NCBI RefSeq assembly: GCF_009914755.1
Contig: NC_060942.1
Strand: one strand, 5' to 3'
DNA from: the human T2T-CHM13v2.0 reference genome, Homo sapiens
Length of the DNA: 64,000 nucleotides
Shown here: piece after piece, positions 31,473-45,525 of the stretch
How the letters are laid out: each line of letters opens with the position of its first letter
Position numbering within the stretch: position 1 is the stretch's first letter
Program-made: the position numbers and the translations under genes
Notes under the pieces: generated by a model
Databases searched by the model: none
Told to the model about the DNA's origin: nothing
The model's input: only the letters and a program-made list of their open reading frames with translations

Positions 31473-32283
31473 ATCTTTTTTTCTCTTGTGTCAGTCTTGT
31501 TCTTTGATGGAAAAGATGAGAGGGATTGGAGGGGCCTTGAATGACAGCCTCATTTGGTGCATTCTCACAGGTCACAGTTCAGGCAACTCTAGGAAGTGAA
31601 ACATTCTGAGAACTCTTCCCAAGGAGATATGCTTTATTTTGTTTTCCCCTGTAAGTCTCCTTGACTTATTTGCTGTCAGGAAATTTGAACTCTTGATATT
31701 ATAAATATGGGGAAAAATTTCTGTTTTGTTTTATTTTGTTTGTTTTTATTCTGGGCCCACTACACAATCTCTTAGCAGGTCATTGTGTTTTTATAAGGAA
31801 AACCTAAGCCTTTGTCTGGCGATCCTTCTCTCTGTTCCTGTGCAAGAAGGAGGGGCCAGAAGTTTTCTGGCCCCAGCAGGAGGCGTGGCAGGCCGAGCAA
31901 CAAGTCACTATGGCGGACACATGGCGACTGCAGAGAGGCTGTCAGTGGAGCTATCTGGGCAAGCCCTGAAGGAATTCCAAAAGGGCCCTTTATCTCCAAA
32001 ACAGTTTAAGGTGTTGATTTTGTTTCCTTCAAAGCGTGACAGTGTGGGCAAGCTTTCCTCAATAAAGCCATCAGAGCAGGCGGGAGGAATCCAATTCTCT
32101 TGATGAGATTAGAAATGTGATTCTCAAGACTGTGGGGCAGGAAGAGGGACTTTTTCAAGCTACAAGTTGGCCAGAATCACCCAGAATCACTGCCCTTGAG
32201 GAGAAATGTCACTGATGGGAATACGTTACATACATGATGGTGAGGAGGTAAAAAAGAAGTGTTGGGAACCATTAGAATCTGCA

Positions 32284-32332
32284 GTGTGTGCATGTGTGTC
32301 TGTGTGTGTGTGTGTCTGTGTGTGTATGTGTG
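32284..32332. repeat. Imperfect (TG)n microsatellite
   Basis: Visible dinucleotide run. Confidence 0.85.
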
Positions 32333-33179
32333 TTTGGCCCATGAGAAAGATTATTCCCAGCCCTCAGACTTTCCTAAAGTATGAACAACGTTAAGAGATC
32401 CAACTTTTGATTTGGATTTGAGATTTTCGATTTAATGTGACATATTAATGAAAGCAATGTGTGGTATTTCACATCACAGTTTTCTTCAGAGTACTGCAAG
32501 ATTCAGTCCTAGATAAGTCAGGAGGATACCCAGGAAGCTGAAAGAAAAAGGGACCAAAGATCAAAATGGGGGAGAAACAAAAGGACACTACTCCCAAATA
32601 AGTTATTTAAGTTTGTGAGACAAACAATACTATTTGGGGGAAGTATTAAAAGCCCTGCAAAGGCCTACACTCTATGAAGGCAAAATGGCTGCCTTCACTC
32701 TGCTGGCCTTCATGGCACTGGAAGAAAGTCCAGCATGAGTGGAAGTTTCTGGAACCCCTCATGGAGCTGGGGGTAGGGGGAGTGTGCTGGGTCCATGGGC
32801 ACTGGGTCACTGACCACAATTCTGACCTGGTGCCTAACTGTCAAGCTATTTTATGGCATAGCGGCATTGGATACACATTTGGGTGTAGCTAAGTTGTATT
32901 TGTCATGAATATTCATTCAAGTGAATAGAGAAGCATTCCATAGATTGAGCTTTACACCTTAGTGAGGATCGATAATATTGGTTTGATTTTAAAAGAACAC
33001 ATTCTCTTATTTAAATTTTTTCTATGTGGTTTCTAAAAGGTCAAGTGTGTTTTTCATAAAGGTGAGAATATATTCCTAAGCAAAATGAAAAAAAGTTGGA
33101 GTATAAATATGAAATCCTTAAAATCTAAGTATATGGATTATAAGATTCCACAGAAAATTTAAGGTGAAGGGGGGCCACT

Positions 33180-33380
33180 TTTTATTGGATGCTTGCTATA
33201 TGCCAGACCAAGTGCTTTACAAATATTGTTGATGAATGAATGAATGAATGATCCTACATGATATTTACTAATATTTCTATTTTACCAATGAGGAAACTGA
33301 GGCTGTTGGAGTTTGTAAGAAGTCACCCCATCTGATAGATGTCAGAAATAGAATTCAAACCCAAATATTTCTGACTCTGA
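33180..33380 (-). mobile_element. MIR SINE, with embedded (TGAA)n
   Basis: ATGTGCCAG-like start, TTTTACCAATGAGGAAACTGAGGCT, GAATTCAAACCCA. Confidence 0.65.
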
Positions 33381-34039
33381 TTTATGTAATGTAGGAGAGA
33401 TTTAGAATAGAGTGCTGGAAAGAATCACATTTAATAAACTCCCCCCACTGTCTTGGGCCAGTTGATGAAGACAGCTTTTATTTTTCTCCTTGGAGTCCCT
33501 AACTTCCCCCACTGAGTGCCAATCTCCTCATTTCATTTTCTCACGTTACTCATCTCTTTTATCCACTCGATTCTGGTTGAAATTAGTGGAATCTTCATGC
33601 TGAAGAGCTTCTAATGACATAGAGAACAGGGAATACTAACCCAATGTTCTGATCTTTTTTAAAAGCCCAGACAGAAAATAATATTGGCCCCAGCGGTCAA
33701 AACCCAGACAACTCTAGTTTTGATGGGATAGCTCCCAAAAAGTTCAGATGCTTCCCTGAACTCATCCAAACCTTGGGCGGTCTCCTGCTTTTCCGGAGGG
33801 AACATGCTTGGTGAATGATGCACCAAGTTGAAACACATGGAGAATGCCCTCCGTGGGGACTCTTGGGTCTTGTATGAGGTTAAGTCCCAATTGCACATCA
33901 AGCTGCCGTGGTATTTCTCCTCTGCAAGCAGACTTTGTCCTGTTGAAAATGGAATCTCAACCACACAAAAAGCACTGGAAGTTACATTAGTGAAGTCATC
34001 AACCATGTATGCACGGTCTTCGTTTTATGCATCTACCTT

Positions 34040-34250
34040 GCATCAGATGCTAGCCTACACACGTCACCTGTGTTATTTCATTTACTCTTTGCAACAAAAC
34101 TGCCAGGTGGTTGTTATCTTTACTTAACAAATGAGGAAACCAAGGCCTGGGTTGATCAAGTAATGTACTCAAAGTCACATGACTTGAAGGTGGCAGTAGG
34201 GATTTAAGCCAACTCTGTTCATCTTCAAAAAGTGTGTTTCTAATCACGTC
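34040..34250 (-). mobile_element. MIR SINE
   Basis: ACAAATGAGGAAACCAAGGC...AAGTCACATGAC...GGATTTAAGCC. Confidence 0.65.
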
Positions 34251-35483
34251 ACAGCGTCTCCTGACCAGTCCAGAAAGACACCAGCAAATATTAACATCTG
34301 GGAGTGAATTTGTACCCTAGCTTTATTTCCAATTGATGACATCTTTTCTTGTTTACTTCTTAAAGCAGGGATAGAAGCAGTGGAGCTGGCAAGCACCCCT
34401 GGTTCACATGTAGCAAACATGGGTGACGTGGCCAGGCTGCTGGACAGAGGTTATTGGTTCAGGCCAAGTGATGGGAGTTAATAAGCTCCAAGGAAAAGTA
34501 AACCCTCAGCTGACTGGAACCTCTGAGAACCCTATCAGAAAAAAAATTTGACAAGATAGACTAGGATTAAAATTCATGGATGGCTTTAGAACTCAGAAAT
34601 AAATCAGGAAGAAAAAAAATATATGTGCAAGCCAATTCCATAAATACTAGAACCTCGTAGAATCATTAAAAGTCCCCATAACTTGGGCCTGAGTGCAACT
34701 GTGGTCCCTTCACTGTAGTAATTTAAACTCGACTGTTTATTTTGGCTTCTGCCTTCTCAATGACTTGTTCTAATCGAAATGCTTTGATGAGATGCACAAA
34801 AGGAATAAAAATATGATTGAAAAGCCAGAGAGTAATATCTTGGTTTAAAACAACTGTGAACACAAACTTTAATCTTTGGCATTGCCATAAGGGCTATCTT
34901 AGACTAACTGGGGCAAACACTTTTAGGATCTTGTTTGGAAAAACATTTTTGGTTTTAGAGTGGGTGTCCATGTATCATAACACAACACTTACAAAACATA
35001 ATTTTTTAAAAAAGCCTCTTATTCTGCCTACAATCCATGTGCTTTTGACATCATAAGCTCCATTTCTTGAAGGCTTCTATAAAAATCCATGGCTTATGGA
35101 AGGTAAAGGCAACATTATGCTGAGTTCAAGCAATATTTGTGGGACTTGGGTTCCACTTTTTCTATAAAGAGCCAATGTGTTTTTCTCCTGTTTTACCTGA
35201 AGCACCTATGTGGATCTGCATGTCTTTAGTCATCTTGGTGGGGTGCTTACCTGAATTAGATATTATCTTCTGGAAGTCAATAGGAATAATAAATAATAAA
35301 TGTTAATATTTTTTAAGTCAGATATTCTCAAGAAGAACTGGATTCAAAGCCTGGCCAAGCTAGTTGACCACCTGTGAGGCCATGGACAAGTTCCTTATAT
35401 CTCAAATCACTAATTTTCTTACCTACAAATTGGTGGTAGTAATGCATTGGTTTGTACAAAGGATTCAATGAGTTAATATATGT

Positions 35484-35876
35484 TGTATTAGTTTGCTACT
35501 GCTGCCATAACAAAGTACCACAGACTGGGTGGCTTAAAAAACAAAATTCCCTTTTCTCATGGTTCTGGAGGCTGGAATCTGAGATCAAAGTGTTGGCAGG
35601 ATTGGTTTCTTCTGAGGCCTCTCTCCTTGGCTTGTAGACAGCCGCCTTCTCCCTGTGTTTTCTTATGGTCTCCTCTCTGCGTGTATGTGTGTCCTAATCT
35701 TCTCTTCATATAGGGAAACCAAGCATATTTGGATTCAGACCCACCCATACGACTTCATTTTACCTTAATTACCTCTTTAAATAAAGTCACATTCTGAGGT
35801 ACTAGGCATTAGGACTTCAACATAGGAATTTTGGGAAGGGACACAACATATGAATCTTGGGAATTCATCCCATAGC
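35484..35876 (-). mobile_element. MLT1A-type MaLR solo LTR inserted in a MIR
   Basis: TGTATTAGTTTGCT...CATAACAAAGTACCACAGACTGGGTGGCTTAAA...CACATTCTGAGGTACT. Confidence 0.88.
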
Positions 35877-36100
35877 CTATAAGAAATACCTAGAACATGC
35901 TATACTTTTAGTAAATGCTGAGTCCCTTCTCTTCTCCACTTCCAAGGTTTAGTGTCAATAAGATATGAAGCATGTACACAGGCTCTTTGAATTTTTCAGG
36001 TTCCTTGACAAAGGTACTAAATTGCAGGATAATCCCATTAAAATGGGATGTCCATTGTTGCTCACACAAGGGCCAGCAGTTTAAAAATGGAGGCAAACTC

Positions 36101-36482
<382 letters not shown>

Positions 36483-38109
36483 TCATTGATTTTTCTCTTG
36501 TTCAAAGGCAAGCAAAAAAAGTATTGAGCAATACACACAACAATGATGACAACTACAATGACGTGACAAGGGTGATCGTAGCAGCTAACATTTACTGAGG
36601 ACAAACACAGTCCTTTTTGCCTTTTAAAGGAAAGTCCTTTAAGTGCATTCTCCCATTTGATCTATCAACAACTCTACAAATGGTAGCTGTGTGTGCTTTA
36701 AAACAAGCTGAAAATTTTTTTAGAAAAAAAACACACATTGGGAATTTCTACATGTAAGAAAGGATAAAATCAGTCTTGATTTCATGAGAGGACTCACCAG
36801 TTCAGATTATTATTGTCACTCTAAATGTAGTTTTGCTGACATAAATACTATCTGGGTACCCTAGGGGCTGCTGACATCCACATTTGGAATTGTTGCATCT
36901 TCCGGAACAGAGATTCCTTGGTAGGTGTCAATTGATCTAGAGAGCTTGGAGGGGGCCTGCTTACAAGTCCTTCTCTACCTAGCACACTGCTCTGCATACC
37001 ATGAAGATATAATAAGTATTTATAGAGTGAATGCTGCACCTTCCCCTCCAGACTCTGAGTTCCCTTCTCCCTTTAGGGTCATCACAGCCAGCAGCTCCGA
37101 TGGACTCATAGATTAAACCCCTCCTATGGCCAATCAAAGACCCCCAAGAACACACTGTTGAAGATGAGAGGGCCCACCACTTGGGCCCTTGGTAATTTAC
37201 TCTCAAATGCTCGGGGATTTTGAGCAAGAATCTTAGTCACGTGAACATATCTGTAAAACAGTTGTTGGGAAGGCAGAAAGACCAAATGTTGAAATTCTAA
37301 AGTTTTTACTTAATGACACTTCTACATACCCTTTCCAGGAGGGACCGATGTGGCAGCTTCCACTGATAATAATGGAAACGCACATTTTGAGACGTTGCAA
37401 GTCATGGACATGCCCAGGCCATGGTGCTGCCTGTTGGACGGTGCTTTGCTTGTTTCTGTCTGAAGAGGCTGGTTGCCTTTTTCTCATTCAGCTCAATGCA
37501 AACACCCATCAAGAAGGGTCAAGTGGGCATTGCTTTCAGAGTCTCCTTCAGGCTTGAACAAAGGCTTTGGAGACAGACAGGCATGCAGGGGTGCACACAG
37601 AGAGCTGCCCTCTGGCACTTCACTCTCTGGACATGCTCAGGCCTGTGGGCAGGGCCTTGAGTTTCTGGCCTGCCGTCAACTCCATTGAGCAGCGGCCTTG
37701 GCTGGGTCATACACAGCATTTTTTTCTGTCTGAAGGATGACCTGGTTAGCAAAGGACAAATACTAGCACTCCCAAAAAATAATTAAGTCTTTGGACCCTT
37801 TTCTGCAAACACAAATCTGTGTGAGGTTTTCTGGAGCAAATGCTGTAGGCTACATTCCAAAGGCCAAGAAGAAAAATACCACGCTGGTCAGTCACCCATG
37901 CTGTCTCCATAAATAGCACCATGCATTTCTGAAGCAATGAGCGATGTTAGACAATCCTCTTTATGGTACCAGTGGGACAGTGGCTTTAAGGGCCATGGAT
38001 ATGACAAAGAAAACAAGGGATGGACAGAGGGCGAAATCAGTCAGATCACAGTATGTTGGTTAAGTCACTTAATTACGCTGGAGCTCCATTATTCTCCGTT
38101 TTAAAGTTA

Positions 38110-38457
<348 letters not shown>

Positions 38458-41400
38458 TTAACCAGAGCCCATTTATCGAGAGCCTGCCATGTGCAGAGTC
38501 CTGCATAAAGGCTGGTGGTGAGATTGAATAGAATCGTGTAGTGAAGACACAGCCAAGCTGCTGCCTCATCAAAGGCTCTCCCTAAACGTTGGGTGACTGT
38601 GGGAAGTGGTTGGGGAAAGAGGACACATTAGGCCTGGGTTCTTTTAAAATGTGGATATTCGTTCAGGTTCTTTAAATAGTTATTGAAACTATTAAAAATT
38701 ACTTTCTTCCACAGGAATAATGATTGAGCACCAGAAACAGACAAGCGAGGTCCTGGGAATAGAGCATAAACACAGGAAAAGCAAACTCCATTCTGGCTTG
38801 GGGGGACCTTGACTAAGCTTTGACAAATGTGCACAGACTCCCAAGAGGATCCAAGCCTTCAAATCCAGGTTCAAACAGGTAAAGAGTGGAGGGGCAAGGT
38901 GCCAGTTAAGTTGGGGGAAAGGCGATGAAAGGGGCAGATTAATATATTACAAGGAAAACTATAGGAGAATTCCTGGGAACAAACTAGCAGACATGTTTAT
39001 CCTGCAAGAAGCCTGGGTGATTTGAGCGTTTGGCTGGAGGGAGGGGAAGAAGGAGCTAGCATTAATCATGCTCCCAAATTCAACTCCAGCATCTAACGAA
39101 ATAGACAATAACTGGTTTCGCCACTCCTGTTCCTCACATCCCCTGGGGTCAAGGCCTGGCTGGAATTCAAACAGGATTTCAGATCGGGCCTGGAAAGTTG
39201 TGTACATTTAAGTTCATTCTGGAAGGCATGCTTGATATAGAAATGGATTTTTCTTGGTCTAATTTTGAGAGGATCTGAACTTAGTGAGAGTAAGTGGGTG
39301 CTTTAAATAATCTCCTACTCTTTTTTTCTTAAGAGGAGAATTTATCGCAGAGACTGGCCAATGGCACTGACCACACCTATTTCAAGTCCTAGCTTGGAAC
39401 ATAGATTTTTTGTGTTTTTAATGGAAAAATAGAAGTCCTTGTAAACTACCATTTACCTTTCATTTGCCTCTTCCTCATGTTGTGTGATTTCTTTTGGCAT
39501 CATAGTGCTCCCCTAAAGGGTCCACCAAGGTGAACTTGGCTAGGCAGTGCTTCAAACACCCCATCGGTGGAGATTAAGGATGACAGGTCAAAACCAATGC
39601 CACTCTTGGGCTGCCTGGCATGCACCTAGGAAATCAGGCACACCCATGCTGAAATAAGGAATCGACTTTGCTCAGGAAGAGTCATCTATGCATTTCTTCT
39701 TTCGGTGATATATGTAGTAGGGGTCAAGGGTGGGGACCGAATTTGGAGAGAGCAGGAGAGAAGGGCTGGAGGGGTGGATGAGATGGCAGACAGGGGAAGT
39801 AAACTAAGGGTAAACCAGAACATCCCATGACACCAGTTATGAGGAGACTCGCTAGTGCTGAAGTTTCTGCTGTGCCAAAGACGCCTGTTTCAGGATGAGT
39901 CCAATTTTAGCCCAGGAGAAATAAATCAACTATAGGGCAAAAGGTTTAATGAGTAAAATGTATCATTCCAAAAATGTGATGCAGTCCACATCCAAAGTTT
40001 CTAGGTCAAATAACATGAGGAACTAATGCAGAAAAAGAAAGCAGCTGCCTGGGCGTGGTGGCACGGGTCCCAGCACCAGGTCCTCACACCACATCCTTGT
40101 ACCACATCCTCCCAACCTCCTACCACTGGGGTCCTGCCCAGCCAGGAGGCAATGGGAGGGAAACCCAGCCTTGCAATTCTTTAATTTTGGGGAAAGTGAG
40201 GTGGGGAGTTTCTGACTTGTATATCCTTTAATTAAAGGGAATCTGACCTCTTCTATGATGATAATAATAATAAAATGTCTCAGAAGAGAATGGGAGCGTG
40301 CAAGAGAGTTATGCATTATGCACAAGACAGCAGGGCTTGGAACAGTAAAATCTTGTTTGCTCACGCGGCTCTGAGTAACCTAAGGGGGAAAAAACTCAGA
40401 ACATTATTGATTAGATGCCAATTCACATGGCTCTCTTTGTCTGCTTTTTATTATCAGTATTTCTTTAAAAGGTTAATAGATCCTGGTCCTGACAAGCGTG
40501 AAGCCAGGAGGTGGGCTCTTATCCAGTGTTTTCATTCTTCAGCCCTCAAGAGACAATGATTAGATCTTAATATTGAATGCACAAACCACACTCACTGTGT
40601 GAACTTTCTGAGAGAGCTCCCCACCTAAAGACAGAAGAAGTGAAGAAGTTTTATTGGAAGGATTGTCAAAGGCGGGGGGCGGGGAACACTTTGAGTCTCT
40701 TTGAGCCAGTTGATTAGGGGTGAGTTGATTTTCTTATGAACACTCTAAATCTACTCTCCCTGGGGGCAGGGAAACCTGAGAAGCTTGGATTTCAATGATT
40801 TAATTCCCCTTCTAAGAATAGCCAAAACTGGGGTGGAGAGAAGCTAATGAAGTCAACCACAGAAAGAACATTTGCAAATTGAGCAAAGCCCTGTGAATCT
40901 TAGGTAATAGCTGGGAGCCGAGTTTCTTTCTTCCACATCTCATAAACTACAAAATAACTCAGCAAAACATGTCAACCAATGGATGCTCTCCACAGGTTAC
41001 ATGATCTAAAGCTGAGATACAAGAAGCCAAACACAATTAAAATGTGCTTCCATTGGTAGGTTCATGGTGATGCTTTGCAGAGGTATCACCTAACCTACCA
41101 AGCTTTGGACATGCTTTATTCATTACAACACTGTCAAGATTAAGTTGCCACGACTTCATATCCCAGTTCATGAATTGCATCTACATACACCATATAATGA
41201 GCCTCACCAGTGTACGGAATGTGGACAGGTCTTCCCTTAATGCTGGGATTAATTAGTTAGTCTCTGGATGTGCCTTTGAGGTTTAGCGATTCACTTCACT
41301 CCCCAGTGCAGTGAATCCAAAAAGTACAAGATCCTTTCTCCAAGGAGGAGATGCAAATTCACAGATAGCCTGAAGCCTAACCTTGGGTTAGCCCCTGAGA

Positions 41401-42532
41401 TCGACCCAGTTCCTTCTTACAGCAGGATCTCCTTGTGATGGCTTGGCAGGATTGACTGAGCTAGTGCTTCCTTCCAATGTTTGATTGGTTAAATAAAGAT
41501 ATCTTTTAATGTTTATATAATAGCATTCAGAACATAGTCTCCAGGGTAACTAGTGAGTAGAAATGGCAACATGTATGAGTCGGAATATTAAAAAGGAAAT
41601 ACACAAATCAGTCTTTCATTTCAAGGTTACATTTGATGTTGCATATCAATATCATTTTACATTTGAGGGTGAGCCCACCCTATGTTCCCTGTGAGCTGTG
41701 AGCAAGAGACAATAATCACACCCAATCCCAGTGGAGGCTACAGGTGAGGGGGAGGAGCAAAAACCATATAAACCGGTCTTTTCCATTCTGTTAGGAATAA
41801 GATGACATGAACAGCTTTTCCTGCCACAGTATCTCACCAACAGATTAGTTTTTAAAGGGAGGTTAAATCTGTTTGAACCTTGGCAAATTTGTTACTATAA
41901 CCGTAGCATAGTTGTACGTGAAAACCAAATATTATTGTCCTTTATTATTCTGCTTTGTCTCCCATGTTTTTCCCATGGCTCTTAAAACAAAAGTGCTCAG
42001 CCAGGTTCTCACCCTTTGTCACTGAATGGAATGCATATTTTTGAAGGCTGATATACAGCTTAAAAAGGCAGCCGAATTTATATGTGATTTGAATAGTTGG
42101 CACCGTCATGCCAACTACTAGCGCTATCTATTCAAAAGGCAGCATCATTTTTCCTAAGGCCTTTCCTATGGTCTGTTTTCTAGGGCAAGTTGTCTCTCCA
42201 TGGTGTCTGCTGCCTTCTCATACTCTTGGCTGACTTATATTCATTCCCTGGACACTCGGGAACACACTCCCAGAGCAGCCAGATTCAGAGTCAGTTTGTC
42301 CTTCATAGATAGGCAGTAAAACATTCCAATGTAGTTCCTCTGAGAGGGCTAGAATCGCTCGAGTTCTCTCCTGCTAGTTTGTCAAAAAAACTCCTGGGTG
42401 GACGTTTAACACCAGCAACAGTGCCAAAAATGGAATAGTTTCTCGTAGGAATTATATATGCTTATTCTTAAGGCCATGTAAGTAGACCCAATGAAGGCCT
42501 ACTATCTTCTTCTTGGACATCACCACGGGATG

Positions 42533-42585
42533 GTGTGTGTGTGTATGTGTGTGAGTGTGAGTGTGTGTGTGACAGAGAGAGAGAC
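42533..42585. repeat. Compound (TG)n/(GA)n microsatellite
   Basis: Visible dinucleotide runs. Confidence 0.85.
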
Positions 42586-44084
42586 ACAAAGAGAGAAAAC
42601 ATAGGAATGCCAGATCCTCTCTTGTCTAATGGACAGTTTTTCAAAAGGAGCAGTGAGAATTCCTGGGGATTCACCGGTCAGTCTCTTCCAGTGTTTATCA
42701 TCTCACATTACTCTCAGAAGTAACTTGTTAAGAGTAACTCATCTAAGAACAGAAGTTAGTTATACCGAGAAAAATATTCTAGACCTTGATGCCTTTCGTT
42801 TTTAATTTCCTTGTGCGTTTTACTTCCCCCAGAGTAGATAAACCGGGGGTGTTCACTAACTGAAGTCAGAAACCTCTCAACTCAAAATGTCTGGGAAGTC
42901 CTGTGTTCTGTTAGTTCCAATATACACGCATCAGCCATAAGGGATGTCTAAATAGTGCAAGACAATAAAATCCCTTCATGTTTTCTGTTTTAGGGAAATC
43001 CTGCATGGTTGCACTAGGGTCATAAAAAATTACTAATGTGTTTTCTCATGGCGCCGGGCCATCACATGGGCCCTGTGCAGTGGTATTGTATGCGGCCTGT
43101 AATCACAAACAAATGTATTCCACAAGCAGATGAGCTGTTATATGAGAAAGTGTGAGAGGTTAGAGCTTGAGCCTTCGTGTCAGCTACGAAGCAGGTCCGC
43201 CACAGTGGAAGACCCCTGAGGCCATGCAAATGAAAATGGCAGTTCCTGGGGGGGGGGTGGGGGTGGGAGGAGGACGCCAAGAGGGATGAGGTCACTGCAA
43301 TAAACATCCAGCTTCCCTCTGAATGGGAAACTAGAAAAGCCTTCAACTATGGCACTACGTGGACTAGGAAAGGAGGTAGAATTTGTGGGTCAGGTGGGGC
43401 AAAAAGTGGAAATCCCCGTAGAGAGGAGACAAGTGACATCAGCGGGTGTCCCAGAAGGAGGGGTAGCTGAACAGGGAGCCAGCAGGCCTGGAGGCAGCCT
43501 CTATCAGTGAGGGAGATGGGCTGTCTGCTTCTGCCAACACTCCTGTGAGATGTCTAGCGTGAGGGGACACACAAGGGGGCAAGTTGTCAGTATGACACCC
43601 AGGCTTGCCATCACTGCAGGCCTCACTTGGAAGGACATTTATAATACTTTCCAGGACCAAGCATCATTCTGTCCAGGCAAAAAGAAATTCCATTAAAAAG
43701 TTGATGTATTTTGTCTTTGCCCCCGAAAAGGAATGTTCAAGCTATAAACAGTGACATTTCTTCATGTGAGTTCCTGTAAAAAAAAAAAAAAAAAGAAAGA
43801 AAGAAAGAAAGAAAAAAAAAAAGGGAATGCTTTCCAGAATTCTTAGAGGTAGAAAACTACTCCATACAAGCAATACGGCCAAATCCAAAATGCATTTACA
43901 CAGAAGCAGTGTTGCAGAGTAGAAATGCACAGATTAAAAGCCTTCGCTCTCCTGCTCCCTGACTGATTTTGAGCAAGTTACTTATGGTTCCCAAACCCCA
44001 GCTTCCTTCTCAGGAAACAAGGGTAGTAATATCTGCCTTAAGGATTGTTGTAAAAATAAATCTCACAATTTAATTGCCACCCTT

Positions 44085-45015
44085 ATGCCAACAACTTCTA
44101 GGTATTTTTCTCTCTGCTCACATTTCTCTCCTGAGCTCTGGATCCATAGACTCTCTCCCATGATTCTCAGGCTCTTCCAATCAAATGTCCAAAACCAGAA
44201 TCATCTTTGCTTCCTCCAGCCTCACAGATCTGTTTTCTACTCAGCTAAGGTGCCACATGCATCGCCAGAAAACTTAGGCATCTCCCTAATATCTTCTTCT
44301 CCAACACCACTCTCACCTCAAATAAATCGCCAAATCCTTTTGATTGCAACTCTTTCAAATTTTCTAGCTGTCTCCATCCCTAGATCAGGTGCCATCATTT
44401 CCTCCTAGATCATCGCAGCAGTCTCTTTGCCTCTCACCTTGGCTTCTCCTCCCAGCCTATTCTCCACACTCCCTCCAGAAAGATCTTTGGCAAGAGCGAG
44501 TGGGCTTGGTCCTCTCCCCAGCTTAAATGGCTTCCCAGTGCCCTCAGGGTATTTCTTACCCTGGCTTGCCAAGCTCTTGTCAGTTCCTTTCTTACCACTC
44601 TACCTCCTATCTTTAGTCTCCACAGCTCCTGGCACTTTAGTTCCCTTTAGCCACGTCGGACTTTCTTGACTTGCTCTTATCTTCGGTTCTTTGCAGAGGT
44701 TGTTCTCTCTGCCTGAAATTGGCTTTTTTCCTGCTGTCTCCTCTCCTCTTATCTGACTAATTGCTACTCATGCTTCAGGTCCAAATTTAGATATCACCCC
44801 TCCAGAGCCTTTGTGCCCACAAGGCTGAATAGGGGTCCCTCTTATGTCCTGCCACGATACCTTGTATTCTCCCTATCATAAGCACATGGATGTCATCGTA
44901 CTGGGCTTGCCCATGGACCTGCCAGTCTCTTCCAATTGAGAGCACACTCTTTGAGGACAAGGGTTGGCAGCAATGTATCTTCAGTGACATGTGCCAGACC
45001 ACTCAATAATCATGT
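44085..45015 (+). mobile_element. L2 LINE 3' portion
   Basis: TTCTCTCCTGAGCTC, ATGGCTTCCCAGTGCCCTCAGG, TCTCTGCCTGAAAT, ACTCAATAA. Confidence 0.75.
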
Positions 45016-45246
45016 GGGAAGGGAGGGAGAGAGGGTGGGAGAAAGGAATAACATGACATGTTAAGCACCTAACACAGAATCAGTCACATATCAGCAATTA
45101 TTAGTCTCCACTTTATGTTAATAAGCCATACATGTCTACTTTTCTTAATCAGGCCCCATAATTAGTTTTTTATGCTCAGCAAACTGGTGAAGTCCCTTCA
45201 GAGCTAGATCCGTTATATCTCTACAGTGAGCCAAGTGTCCCCACGG

Positions 45247-45525
45247 CAAAATTGTCTTAGATTTAGTCCCACTGACAATGAATTTAAAGTATTTAGGAAA
45301 ACTTTGCTAAAATGTCCTGAACACATTGGATTAGGGGACTGGAATTCGGGGTAGGGGGTTAATGCCTTTCCTTTACCCTACTTTTCTCTTCCTCTTCTTC
45401 CTCCTCTTTCTTCTTTTTCTCTCTTAATCAGAGTCACAGAGAAATCCTGGAAGAGAGAGTGTTTAAGCCAATTTGGAAAAGTGTTTCTGCTCCTATGTTC
45501 TTGGGATCTTAGAACACAGAAGGCT
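45247..45525 (+). repeat. Local duplication B, copy 1 (~280 bp)
   Basis: Aligns to 46857-47128 with substitutions and small indels. Confidence 0.92.

Noticed and set aside
31054-31599. 181-aa ORF and other Alu-overlapping ORFs
   Set aside because: Translations of Alu sequence and poly-T tails
31873-31885. CTCF-like motif CCAGCAGGAGGCG (also a partial one near 37605-37618)
   Set aside because: Mismatches at core positions; cannot be supported without binding data
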